From Cyanobacteria bacterium M_surface_10_m1_298 (lineage in GTDB: Bacteria; Cyanobacteriota; Cyanobacteriia; PCC-6307; Cyanobiaceae), in contig VGPT01000005.1 in the NCBI GenBank assembly GCA_016882485.1, positions 386-64,385 on the forward strand: DNA of 64,000 nt, given 5' to 3'. Shown here piece by piece: positions 36,777-47,300 of the stretch; within the stretch, counting starts at the first letter, position 1, and every line of letters starts with the position of its first letter. The position numbers were made by a program, and so were the translations under genes. The notes under the pieces are model-generated. The model worked only from the letters and a program-made list of their open reading frames with translations, was not told the DNA's origin and ran no database searches.

Positions 36777-38497
36777 ACATGGGCGTCACCCCATCCAGCC
36801 AAGCCCCATCCGTCAGCAGTAGTGGTTCGGATGAGTTGGATCTAGGGCCTCTGTTGCAGTCCCTGCGAAGCCATTGGCGCCTAATCAGCAAAGCGGCTGC
36901 CGGCACCATGGTGGCCAGTGGGGCTTACGCACTGATCCAACCGTCTCTGTGGCAAGGGGATTTCCAAATCGTCGTCGCTAGCGACGAAGGCTCCAGTGGA
37001 ACCCTTGCAAGACTGGCAGCCGCCAATCCCGAACTTGCCGGACTAGCTGGCTTGAGCGGATCGTCGGGGAAGGATTCCCTGGAAACAGAAGTTTTGATCC
37101 TTGAAAGTCCCTCTGTGCTCAAACCCGTCTATGAATTTGCTCGATCTGAACGGCTGAAAAAAGGGCGTGACGTCAGTCGCCTCAAATTCAGTGATTGGGC
37201 CAAAAATGTCAAAGTAGATCTGGAAAAAGGCACTTCAGTTCTTAATATCAGCTACACCGACACAGATCGCTCATTGATCTTACCTGTTATCGAAAAAATT
37301 TCTCAACAATATCAGGATTACTCAGGTCGCGACCGGCGACGCCGCCTAGTCAATGCTGTCGATCACTTGCAGCGGAGCAGCAGAACACTGGCTCTGAAAG
37401 CCGATGCATCGATGCGCCGCGCCCAGGCCTTCGCCCTCAACCATGATCTTGGCCTGAGCGATGGCATGGCCACCCCTGCTGCCCTTGGATCTCAAGGCGG
37501 CTCGACTGAAAACGCCAACGCACCGAGCGCCTCGGTGGAAGTCTCACGGCTTCGCGCACAGGCAAAAGTCTTGCAGACACAACAACAGATCGCCCAAGCC
37601 CGGGCGGCCGGGAACCGGGCCATTTATTTGGCGCCCCAACTCCCAGCCAATGCGACGTTGTACAGCCAATATCAGACTCTTCAGGCACGGCTCAGCGATC
37701 TGCGCAGCAGGCTGCTCGATCGAGACCCGATGGTGGTCAATCTGGAACGCCAACGTCAGAGCCTGATCGGCACAATGAATCAACAAACCATCGGTCTGTT
37801 GGAGGGAGAACTGGCCACGGCTCGGGCGAGTCTTCGCGCTTCGACGCGACCCAATGAGGTGGTTTTGGAGCACCGGCAACTGGTACAGCAGGCGGTTCGC
37901 GAAGAAAAAACTCTGGCTGATTTACAACTGCAGCTGCAGCTGGCCCAACTGGAGCAAGCGAAACAGAGCGATCCGTGGGAACTCATTTCCAAGCCAACCC
38001 TTCAGGATGAACCGGTAGCACCGAAACTCCTGCAACTCGTGCTGCTCGGGCTGATGGGAGGGGCTGTGGCAGGCGCTGGAGCAGCCTTGGTGCTTGATCG
38101 ACTCAGCGGCAGAATCTTGACAGACAAACAGTTACTAGAGCTCCTGCCTGCACCTTTGCTGGCCCACATCACGAACAGGAACCTCCGTGAACAATGCAAG
38201 TTGTTGACCAAGGGGCCGTTGGCCCCTTGGTCAACTGTGGCCTTGATCCCGGTGGGACTCGACCCAGATGATGGGCTGATGAGGGCTATCTTGACTGAGC
38301 TCCAGGCACAGCGGCCCACCGCGCACCTGATCTGCACGATAGACCTCGAAAGGCTCACAGACTGCGACCAGCAATTGCTGATCACCCAACTGGGGCAAGC
38401 CACCCGCACCGGTTTGGAGCATCTCAAAGAACAGCTCGCACTGCAGGGGCGGCCTGTGCTGGGTTGGCTGTTGCTATCGCCGGCCCGTGGGTCGTAA
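36773..38497 (+). CDS. Wzz/Wzc(GumC)-like polysaccharide co-polymerase without a kinase domain
   Basis: DELDL, two TM helices flanking a long coiled coil, LESPSVL.PV, PWELISKPTL. No Walker A motif in the C-terminus. Confidence 0.82.
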   Translation: MNMGVTPSSQAPSVSSSGSDELDLGPLLQSLRSHWRLISKAAAGTMVASGAYALIQPSLWQGDFQIVVASDEGSSGTLARLAAANPELAGLAGLSGSSGKDSLETEVLILESPSVLKPVYEFARSERLKKGRDVSRLKFSDWAKNVKVDLEKGTSVLNISYTDTDRSLILPVIEKISQQYQDYSGRDRRRRLVNAVDHLQRSSRTLALKADASMRRAQAFALNHDLGLSDGMATPAALGSQGGSTENANAPSASVEVSRLRAQAKVLQTQQQIAQARAAGNRAIYLAPQLPANATLYSQYQTLQARLSDLRSRLLDRDPMVVNLERQRQSLIGTMNQQTIGLLEGELATARASLRASTRPNEVVLEHRQLVQQAVREEKTLADLQLQLQLAQLEQAKQSDPWELISKPTLQDEPVAPKLLQLVLLGLMGGAVAGAGAALVLDRLSGRILTDKQLLELLPAPLLAHITNRNLREQCKLLTKGPLAPWSTVALIPVGLDPDDGLMRAILTELQAQRPTAHLICTIDLERLTDCDQQLLITQLGQATRTGLEHLKEQLALQGRPVLGWLLLSPARGS

Positions 38498-40388
38498 CCG
38501 GAACATCGCTCTGGCATGCCAAGGCGCCCTGATCATCGCAGGGGTTCTTGGGGCGCGCGCTCAAAGCGTCATCTGGGAACCCATCAGCATCCCGCAACGA
38601 TCAACTGCAGGACATCCCGAAGGAGCGCAAACCTGGCAATCGATTGAACCGGAGGGGTCGCGACGCCAGGCACCCGTGTGGGTTCCTTTAGTCGATGGGG
38701 CCAAGATTGGGAATGAGCCTCTGCCGCAAACCAAGGGTGGATCGCCACAGGAGCCGCCTACTGAGATGGCGGAGGCGGAGGCGATCCTGCAAAGTTTGAA
38801 ACCCAGCGCCGCTGAGTACACACGGTTGCTACGGCTAGGGCCAGCCGTTCCAACGGCGAATCAACTGGCCGAACAGCAAGGACAGTTCAGCGCCTACACA
38901 CTGTCGCCATTTAGTGGCGGATCCGCCAATGGCACGGGCAACCAAAACTACGCCGTTCGTGTTGATGGTGGCGTCACTGACGCGCTGCAGATCTCAGGCT
39001 TTTACAGCAATGCCGACGACCCCCTGTTTGCCCGAATCCAAGGTCTCAGCAAACAGCCCGCTAACTTCTGGGAAAGTTATGGAGGTGCGCTGCAGTGGCA
39101 CGTTCACGGCGGTAAGAACTGGGGTGTGGGCCTCTCAGGATCGCTGGAGGGATGGAATGTCGGCAGCGGTGGCTGTTATTCATTCGGCTGCAAAAGTAAC
39201 GCCAGTGCTTCACCTAACATTTTCAACAACTCAGGGCAAAGGGTTTTTACCAAAAACCTGGTGGGCTCGGTCAGCATTCCCCTGACCTGGAATATCGGAC
39301 AACAATGGCAGGCAACGCTGACGCCTGGCGTGAGTTTTCTCCCTCCCAGCCAGGGGGAAGGGCAAGGGGGGGCCGGGACTTTCTACGGTACCAATGGCAC
39401 TATCAGCGGTGGACTCAGCTGGCAACCCAGTAGACACTTGAGCCTCTTTGGCTCAGCCCTGATACCACTGGGACCAGGTGACAACAGCTTTGACAGCAGC
39501 CTGACATTTAGTCGTGTTCCGATTCTTAGCGGTGGCGCCAATTGGGCATTGAATCCAAGAATTGGACTGGAAGGGTTGCTGACCAACGGCTGGGGGGCGA
39601 CACCAGCCACTGCTTTACTGGCGCTCCCCTCAAGCAACCGACTTGGTTATTATGCTCGCTTTGTCTACACACCTGGCGCAGCTGATACACCACAACTAAA
39701 ACTCAGTCCAAGACAGGAGTCGATGGCACTAGGCGGCTTAACAGTCAACACAGCCTTGGTCCCCGAGGATGGCGTCACAGAGCTATGGGCCAATGCAGAC
39801 AGTGGTGGCAACATTTTTGGATTCATTGGCCATTCGATCTCAAACATCTTTCAAGTCGACGTCTTCAAAAGTGGTTGGTTCAATAACATTCCACAAACCA
39901 CGGCACTGGCAGACCGATACACCACGGATGGCGCCTGGCAATGGCGAATCGGCGGCAAGGCCGTTGCCCTTAGTCCCTTAAGGGGCTTTCCACTATGGGC
40001 GGCAGGCCGCATCAGCTTGGGCAGGGAAAATCCACCCGGCAGCGGCCAGGGCTATGTTTTTGCGGAAACGATTAACACCTGGGAAGCGAACCGATGGCTA
40101 GCCTTCCACGTGAATCCGAAACTCGCCTGGTCTGGTGTTGGGGTGCCTTGGGGTTTCGGAATTGGTGCCAATATCCAGCTCGGAGGCAGTTTTCAACTGA
40201 TTCCCGAGGCCAATCTTGTTGCCAGTGAAATCGGGGCGAGCAATGCCACACTCGCCTTGCGATGGCTTGCTAACCATCAGTGCAAAGTTGACGTATACCT
40301 CAGTAACGCAGCCGGCCTGCTGGACATGGGCCAGCTCTTAAGCGCCGACCAGACACGCGTTGGCGGCAGGCTGATCATCAGCTTCTAA
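38487..40388 (+). CDS. Putative outer-membrane beta-barrel protein (possibly YjbH-like)
   Basis: N-terminal hydrophobic segment, many alternating Gly/aromatic strands, C-terminal Phe (LIISF). Lies downstream of the wza/wzc-like genes. Confidence 0.6.
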   Translation: MGRNRNIALACQGALIIAGVLGARAQSVIWEPISIPQRSTAGHPEGAQTWQSIEPEGSRRQAPVWVPLVDGAKIGNEPLPQTKGGSPQEPPTEMAEAEAILQSLKPSAAEYTRLLRLGPAVPTANQLAEQQGQFSAYTLSPFSGGSANGTGNQNYAVRVDGGVTDALQISGFYSNADDPLFARIQGLSKQPANFWESYGGALQWHVHGGKNWGVGLSGSLEGWNVGSGGCYSFGCKSNASASPNIFNNSGQRVFTKNLVGSVSIPLTWNIGQQWQATLTPGVSFLPPSQGEGQGGAGTFYGTNGTISGGLSWQPSRHLSLFGSALIPLGPGDNSFDSSLTFSRVPILSGGANWALNPRIGLEGLLTNGWGATPATALLALPSSNRLGYYARFVYTPGAADTPQLKLSPRQESMALGGLTVNTALVPEDGVTELWANADSGGNIFGFIGHSISNIFQVDVFKSGWFNNIPQTTALADRYTTDGAWQWRIGGKAVALSPLRGFPLWAAGRISLGRENPPGSGQGYVFAETINTWEANRWLAFHVNPKLAWSGVGVPWGFGIGANIQLGGSFQLIPEANLVASEIGASNATLALRWLANHQCKVDVYLSNAAGLLDMGQLLSADQTRVGGRLIISF

Positions 40389-40431
40389 AGCATAAATGAA
40401 GATCTGAAGACAAACCAAGCAGGGACAATGC

Positions 40432-40513
40432 TGAACACATTGTTCATTAACCAATGGCACATAGAGCCCTGGCAAATTTAGCCATGGCGCGCGACTATTA
40501 AAAACCATATAAT
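40432..40513 (+). promoter_or_regulatory. Candidate promoter of gene F: inverted repeat TGAACA-N3-TGTTCA and a -10 box TATAAT
   Basis: tgaacacattgttca at 40432-40446; tataat at 40508-40513, 23 nt before ATG 40537. Confidence 0.35.
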
Positions 40514-40536
40514 GGACAGAAGATCAATCAAGAACC

Positions 40537-43236
40537 ATGTCTGCCACCAAACTGAATAACCCAACCGAAGTATTAATCAGTCGAATCAAATCCGGCATCG
40601 CCTCGAGCCAGGGCGGCGGGGCAGAATCAGGGGATGGTTCGGGCTGGGCATTCGGGAGTAAACCCAGCATTTCATCCTCAAGCTTCACCCCAATACCAGG
40701 TAAAGACCTCCAGATCGACTCTGGAGGTACGCGCGGTCTCAATGGATTCTGGGATGGAGGCTCGGGATCACAGAGCATTGTTGTGAACATGAGCACAACA
40801 CCCATCAACAGCCACGGGCTCATTCCTCCAGGCGTGATGCGGGTACACCCTTCGTACGATGGCCCAGATCTCACATTGCGCTACGTCGCGTCAATCGCAG
40901 GACAATATCAACTGGCTGGGAGATTAACGGATATCGATCCTGGCGGGGGAGATGGTGTTGGCCTGATTGTCACACAAAATAGTCCAACAGGTGGATACCC
41001 TACATATTATCTTGAAAAATATATCGATAATGGTGGTGGTGACACATTTGACATCACCATTCCACTAAATACCGGGGACTATTTTGATGTCAGCGTAGAC
41101 CGAAGGAGTAACTGGACTTATGATAGCACAAATCTGGAATTCACCAATTTTGTAAATCTCGATGCTAATGGAGCTTCTCCAACGCCTCCTGCAAGCCCAA
41201 CACAGAACGGACAGGGACAAACCAATGCCCAGTCTTCTATCAGCCCAATCTCTTATTATAGCTTCAATGATGCAATTTTTACCGAAGGCGGAAACGGCTC
41301 AATTACCGTAACACGTACGGGTGATTTAACGAGTCAGGTAACAATTAACTTCTCCTCTAAAGCGATTTTTAGCACAGCTATTGCAGGGCTCGACTATTTG
41401 CTGCTCGCAAACTCGACAACCTTTAACATTGGCTCAGATACTGCAACCATTCCTTTTTCTGTTGTCGATGACAACAACTACGAAGTCGATGAAACACTGC
41501 AGATTGAGGGCGTTTTAATTACAAGCCAAGGGTCCACAACAGGCAGCCACCAGTGGCTCAAGAATCTGTCAAGCATTCTCATCAAGGACAACGACAAGCA
41601 ACAATTACCAAGCCCAGAAATCAAAAAAGCAAGTATTAAAGACAATATCATCACTCTAGGTTTCAACCTTGAACTGAATACATCTAAGCCAGATCCAAAT
41701 CTCTTCAGTATTTTAGCTGGCAATGAAGCTATTGATGTCACAAAGACATCTATTTCTGCGAGTACTGGTATCATCAATCTTGAACTCAGTCGCGCTGCAA
41801 TTCCTGGGGAGGCCATTAATCTCGTTTATACTGATCTCAGTGGAGACCAAACTGACGGCATCATCGAAGGCAAAGATGGAGCCGATGTAGCTACATTCCA
41901 GCGATTGTTAGACAATGTAAGCCGAGATGAACAACCACCAACACTGGATAATGCTATTGCAAATGGCAGCCTTGTTGAACTGTCTTTCAATGAAGAGTTA
42001 TCACCTCTACTTCCAGCATTATCCCGATTCGGCGTCACTCAAAACAATCTGAAGATACCCGTCAAATCCGCATTGATTGATGCCACTAACGGCCAATTAC
42101 AACTGATTTTATCTAAACCTCTAGCACCTCGCATTCCAGTCCTGCTAAGTTACACTGATATAGCTGGCAATCAAACTATTGGCGTTATTCAAGACAGATT
42201 TGGCAATGATTTACAGAGCTTTAGCGGTCAACCTGTAGACAATCAAAGCGTCATCTCGCAATCACCCCTAAAACTGGATTCGGCTGAAGCTGATGGCAAC
42301 TCAGTAATGCTGAACTTTGATCGAGAGCTTGATTCTGCGATACCATCGACGCGATTCTTTGCAATATCAGTGAACGGTAAGCCAGCTAAAATCGTAAAAG
42401 CTAATACAGTCGTAGCAGATCGACAAGTTGTTCTTACACTCGACAAGCCTGTCTATGGGGCAGACAAATTGACAGTCAGTTATTCTGACGCCAAAGGAGA
42501 CCAAGCAACAGGCATTATTCAAGATGCTGAAGGCAACGATCTTGAATCATTTATCCAAGTACCGATCAAGAATAATACGCTTAAGCAAAATACTCTTGTT
42601 ATCCAATCAAGCGAGATAGCAGGTAAGATACTTCGTCTTGTGATGTCAGAGCCAATTGCAAGCACTTCAATCTCCAGCTCAAGATTCAAAATCATCGCCA
42701 ATGGAAAGAAGCAGGCTATTACTTCGATCCAAACAACCCCTCAAGATGGTGTTATTGACATCAACCTACAGAACATTGTTGAAACAGGATCCAACGTCAA
42801 GCTTGAGTACTCCGATTCGGACGGTGATCAAGCAGCTGGGGTCGTACAAGATAGTGATGGCAATGACCTCGGTAGCGTCAAGAATCTTGCAATTACGAAC
42901 TTCAGCACAGATGACAATGCGCCTATACTAATAGACGCTTTCATCGAGGGGAACGACCTTACGTTATTATTTGACGAATTAATTGCAGGCGGATCAATAA
43001 CGAATTCAAGATTTGTTGTTAAAGCCGATGGGAAACGTGTCAAAGTCTCCTCTGCACGGAGTGTTGAAGCCGACTCTACTGTTTTGCTATCTTTAGCTGC
43101 CATGCCCTCGGACTTCAGCTCAGCCTCCATCTCCTATGTAGACCCCCGCGGCAACCAAAGCACAGGAGTGATTCAAGACATCCTGGGTAACGATTTGGCA
43201 TCATTGCGCGATTTTGCAGTTGACATCATCAACTAA
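40537..43236 (+). CDS. SwmB-domain protein F: lectin-like beta-sandwich + Calx-beta + 5 SwmB-type domains (AT-richer gene)
   Basis: Head contains VHPS...TLRYVA..AG.Y.L.G...GGGDGV...GDYFD...YDST. Calx-beta FTEGGNGSITVTRTGD...TAIAGLDY...VVDDNNYEVDETL. Five SwmB repeats ending VIQDILGNDLASLRDFAVDIIN. Confidence 0.85.
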   Translation: MSATKLNNPTEVLISRIKSGIASSQGGGAESGDGSGWAFGSKPSISSSSFTPIPGKDLQIDSGGTRGLNGFWDGGSGSQSIVVNMSTTPINSHGLIPPGVMRVHPSYDGPDLTLRYVASIAGQYQLAGRLTDIDPGGGDGVGLIVTQNSPTGGYPTYYLEKYIDNGGGDTFDITIPLNTGDYFDVSVDRRSNWTYDSTNLEFTNFVNLDANGASPTPPASPTQNGQGQTNAQSSISPISYYSFNDAIFTEGGNGSITVTRTGDLTSQVTINFSSKAIFSTAIAGLDYLLLANSTTFNIGSDTATIPFSVVDDNNYEVDETLQIEGVLITSQGSTTGSHQWLKNLSSILIKDNDKQQLPSPEIKKASIKDNIITLGFNLELNTSKPDPNLFSILAGNEAIDVTKTSISASTGIINLELSRAAIPGEAINLVYTDLSGDQTDGIIEGKDGADVATFQRLLDNVSRDEQPPTLDNAIANGSLVELSFNEELSPLLPALSRFGVTQNNLKIPVKSALIDATNGQLQLILSKPLAPRIPVLLSYTDIAGNQTIGVIQDRFGNDLQSFSGQPVDNQSVISQSPLKLDSAEADGNSVMLNFDRELDSAIPSTRFFAISVNGKPAKIVKANTVVADRQVVLTLDKPVYGADKLTVSYSDAKGDQATGIIQDAEGNDLESFIQVPIKNNTLKQNTLVIQSSEIAGKILRLVMSEPIASTSISSSRFKIIANGKKQAITSIQTTPQDGVIDINLQNIVETGSNVKLEYSDSDGDQAAGVVQDSDGNDLGSVKNLAITNFSTDDNAPILIDAFIEGNDLTLLFDELIAGGSITNSRFVVKADGKRVKVSSARSVEADSTVLLSLAAMPSDFSSASISYVDPRGNQSTGVIQDILGNDLASLRDFAVDIIN

Positions 43237-43945
43237 CGGCATGCTTCGGGAGTTAAAATGTCAGCAGGTCGCTTCTCCAGCGGATTCCAGCGGAAATGCC
43301 TCCATGATTGTACTGGCCATGCCGTAGAGGGTGTTGCTGCGCTGTAAATTCATCAAAGCAGCCAACTGACCAACTCTGCCGACGACGGCATCGGTTTCTC
43401 ATATTGGCTAGCGATTGCTACTTCATCTGTTGAGAGTCAATAAAAACATCACTACGCTAAAAGCAGATTATTCACAAAATATAAGTCACGATTATTCGGA
43501 TAGCTCTTAAATTTCAGTTGCTCCTACCAGCACTAATTCTCCTGCCGGTGGCAAAGGTGGCAGTGGCGGTGCCAGCCCGACATCCATGGTCACCACCCCT
43601 GCTGGAATACCAGCAAAAGGTTCCACGGCGAACGCTCAACAAGATCCGATCATTACGGGTGGGCAACCCGTCAACGCGCCAAAGAGAACCCTATCGGCGA
43701 GAGAAGGCCACACAACTCCATCAAACGACGGGAGCATGAACTGGCAAGCGCATCACGCACATAGCGCCAATGAGCCATGCCTCATCTCGACAACTCATCT
43801 GCCCAACATCTGGAGTCCTGAGCAGGAAGCTTGCAACATTCACGGGATCCATCCGTCAACAGTCGATCCAATCACCTTCTGAACAGATCAACATCAGATA
43901 TTAAGCGCGTTAAGTGACAAACAAGACTCAGCAAGAATAATCCTC

Positions 43946-44353
43946 ATGCTCAAGATACTCAATACCAACAGCCCACGGGGGCGGGGAGTCTTTACGACCT
44001 CGAAGATCGCAGTACATACGCTGATTGAAGCATGTCCAATCATTCTCATAAGGGGGGTTCCTTATCATGAACTACCACAGGAAATTCAGAACATAATGTT
44101 TAATTGGGCCGCACTCATTGGCTCTGGCGTAAACCTACATGCTATCGCCCTAGGATACGGCAGTCTCTACAATCATGCAGACCAGGCCAATTGCGCTTAC
44201 ACGGGCAATATTGACGACCAAACCTTAACCATCACCAGCCTACGGAACATCCAGGCCGGGGAAGAACTTACGATTAATTATGATCACCCAACGGGCCAAG
44301 GGGAAATCAATGCCCAATCCTGGTTTGCCCAAAGAGGACTCAAGCCAATCTGA
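43946..44353 (+). CDS. Stand-alone SET-domain protein-lysine methyltransferase
   Basis: GRGVF, ALGYGSLYNHA...N, RNIQAGEELTINY. Confidence 0.88.
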   Translation: MLKILNTNSPRGRGVFTTSKIAVHTLIEACPIILIRGVPYHELPQEIQNIMFNWAALIGSGVNLHAIALGYGSLYNHADQANCAYTGNIDDQTLTITSLRNIQAGEELTINYDHPTGQGEINAQSWFAQRGLKPI

Positions 44354-44368
44354 GTTTGACGACAGAAT

Positions 44369-47300
44369 TTATCCTTCACCACGTAAGCGGCGCAACAGAT
44401 CCTCCTGCGTGAGTTCACTGACGCCCTCCAACCTCTGACTCCAAGCGGGAGTGTGATCTGGGCCTTTTGGTTCAGCCATCGGCAAGGCTGTCGAAGAGGG
44501 AGCGGCAGCAGCGAGATTTTCATCGGAAGCTGCACTGGCAGCCTGCGGAAACAACTGGGACAAGAAATAAACCACTAGCTCTTCAATGGTGGGATGTTCA
44601 AAAACAAGTGACTCCGTCAGCGTGATGCCAAGATTTTTTTCAAGCAGAACCATCAATTCGAGCGCCATCAACGAATCCAAACCCATATTGAAAAGGGGCT
44701 CACCCGAATCAATCTGCTGGGGATCTGCAAGGCCCATCACTTTCGCCAACTGTTGTTTGACGAAGTCCCGCAACAGGCGGGGTCGCTCCGCCGGAGGGGT
44801 CGAGGCCAGCACGGCCCTGTAAGGGGGTACAGCCGAGTCGGCAACAGTTGATGTGGATTCCAGCTGCTCCTGGGCCAGGAGGGACAAGGGGGCTCCTTGA
44901 CGATCCCCTGCCTGGCGGGCCAGGCGTGACCACTCGGCATCCACCACGCCAATGCACCCACCGGCGCCGCGGGCGATCAGATCAGACAGGGCCTCCAGGG
45001 CCTGGGAGGGTTCCAGCAAGCGAATCCCGAACGCTTCAAGCCGTTGACGTTGCCGCGGGTCAAGCGCACCGGCCATGCCAGCACCTGCCCAAGGACCCCA
45101 CTGCAGGCTCATCCAGCCGGGGCGCCCTTGCATGGCCACAAACCCATCGAGGGCACCGTTGGCGGCGTTGTAACCGGCTTGACCCGGTGATCCCAACAAC
45201 GCCGCAACAGAGGAGAAGCACACCAACAGCTCGGGGTCGAGATCACAGCGCCGTAGCGCTGCCTCAACCAGCCGCCATCCGCCCCACTTCGGGGCCATCA
45301 CAGATTTAAGGCGCTGCGGTGTCTGCCACTCCAGCAACCCATCATCGAGGCTGCCAGCGGCATGGAAAATGCCTCGCAGAGAACGCCCCTCAGGCAAGTT
45401 CTGAAGGGTGGCGATCAACTGGTCCACGGCCGCCATGGCGGTAGCTCCATCGGCGGCCAGGTCCAGGGCCAGGGTCGTGGTGACAACCCCCTGAGCCTCC
45501 AGCTCCCGCAACAGGGCCGCTGGCTCCGCGGCGGGGTCGGCGGCGGAGCGGGAAACCAGCAAAAGCGAGCGGGCCCCCTCCGCCACCAGCCAACGCACAA
45601 GCTGTAAACCAATTCCACCGAACGCACCCGTCACCAAATAGGTGCCATCGCCACGGATGCGGAAGCCCGCGGATGGGGGACGCTGGGGTTGGCGAATCAC
45701 CACCTTGCCAACATGCCGCGCCTGGGCCATGCGTCGGAAGGCATCCACGGTGTGCTCAATCTCAAAGGATTCGAGGGGCAAACAGCCGTAGACCCCTGCA
45801 CCCACCTCCTCAAGCAGACGCACCAGCAGCGTGCGGATCAGCCCCGGTTGGGCGGCGGCCACCTCCAGCAGATCAAAGGGGTAGTAACGAACATCGGGGC
45901 GACGCTCGGCAACCTCCGTGCGGCTCCAGATCTCAATCTTGCCCAACTCGACAAATCGACCACCCTGAGCCAGGGCCTCAAAACTGGCATCCACCCAATC
46001 CCCCTTGAGGCTGTTGAGCACCACATCCACGCCACGGCCTCCGGTGGCAGCACGCACCTGATCCACGAACTCCAAACTCCGGGAGTCAAAAACGCCAGCA
46101 CATCCCTGCTCCAACAGAAGAGCCTGCTTGGTGGCGCTGGCCGTGCCGAAGACCGTGGCCCCTCGCTGCAAAGCCACTTGAACGGCGGCCTGGCCAACTC
46201 CGCCGGCGGCGGCATGGATCAACACGGTTTCCCCTGGCTGCAGTTGGGCCAGGTGCTCCAATCCGTAAAGGGCGGTTAGGAATGCGGTGCTCAGGCTGGC
46301 CCCCTGCTCCGCCGTCAGACCCTGAGGCAGAGGAACACACAACTCCGCACGGCAGATCACATGGCTGGCCAGACTTCCCACCGCCAGGGCCGCCAACAGG
46401 CGCTGGCCCATCAGGCTCGGATCCACCCCTTCCCCGACGGCCACCACCCGACCCACACACTCCCCGCCAAAAGGCACCTGAGCGGAGTCACTCAATCCGA
46501 GCTGTCGGCTGTAATTACGCAACAACCCCAGGGCGTTGAGCACATCACGGAAGTTGAGCCCCGTGGCCTCCACCGCCAACTCCAGCTCCCCGGCCGCCGG
46601 CACCTGGCTCGGCAAGGGCAGAGGGGCCAGGCTCTCCAGCAATCCAAACCGGCGGGTGCCATAGCGGAACCGGGCTGGGGTCAAGTTTGCGTAACGCTGC
46701 CGTAGCACCCGCTGTCCATCCCAGGCGAGCGCGGGCTCCTGCTCGGCGAGGTCCACCAGGCGACGCCATGGGACAGCCAATCGATCGCGGCGGGCACCCT
46801 TGGGCAGATGCAGGCTGAACCAGCGGAAGGCGGGGCGTTCCAACGCCACCGTGCGCACCAGGGATGCCAGGGCACCCTGGGCTGGCCCCTGGCCCTCGAT
46901 CACCACACAAACCGAGGATTGGCCCTGCTGGGCCAGCTCGATCAGCTCCACCACGCAGTGCTCGACTGGCGAGTCCTCGAGGCTTGGCCAGTGGACCAGC
47001 GGAGCCCCAGGCCCGGAGGGTGGGGGCTCCGGGGTGGACCCTTCAGGGCGGGGGGTGATCACGTCGGCAGCCGAGATGGTCTCAATCGGCTCCCAGGTCT
47101 GGCGCAGCAACCAGCTGCGATGACCTGGCATGGGCTCGGACGACGGAGCCCCATCCAAGGCCAGGGGAAACAACCAATCGAGGGCCTGCCGGGGCAGGCG
47201 TCGCAATCGGAAGCCACGCACCCAAGCAATCAGACCATCGGCAGCGTGCAATTGGAGATCCGCACACACGAAGGCCGGCTCCGCACTGGGCAGCAACTGG

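Noticed and set aside
5347-43236. Diversity-generating retroelement or invertible-cassette explanation for the variable heads
   Set aside because: No reverse transcriptase, recombinase, template/variable repeat pair or flanking inverted repeats were seen.
5347-43236. Assigning the symbols swmB/swmA and claiming swimming motility
   Set aside because: Only domain-level resemblance. These proteins are 573-1403 aa, far smaller than the giant SwmB, and motility cannot be inferred from sequence.
43237-43945. ORFs 43518..43739 and 43586..43882 in an AT-rich gap
   Set aside because: No recognisable motif or RBS. The 43586 frame extends upstream (SPAGGKGGSGGASP) only to a stop without a good start, so it could be a remnant but cannot be supported.
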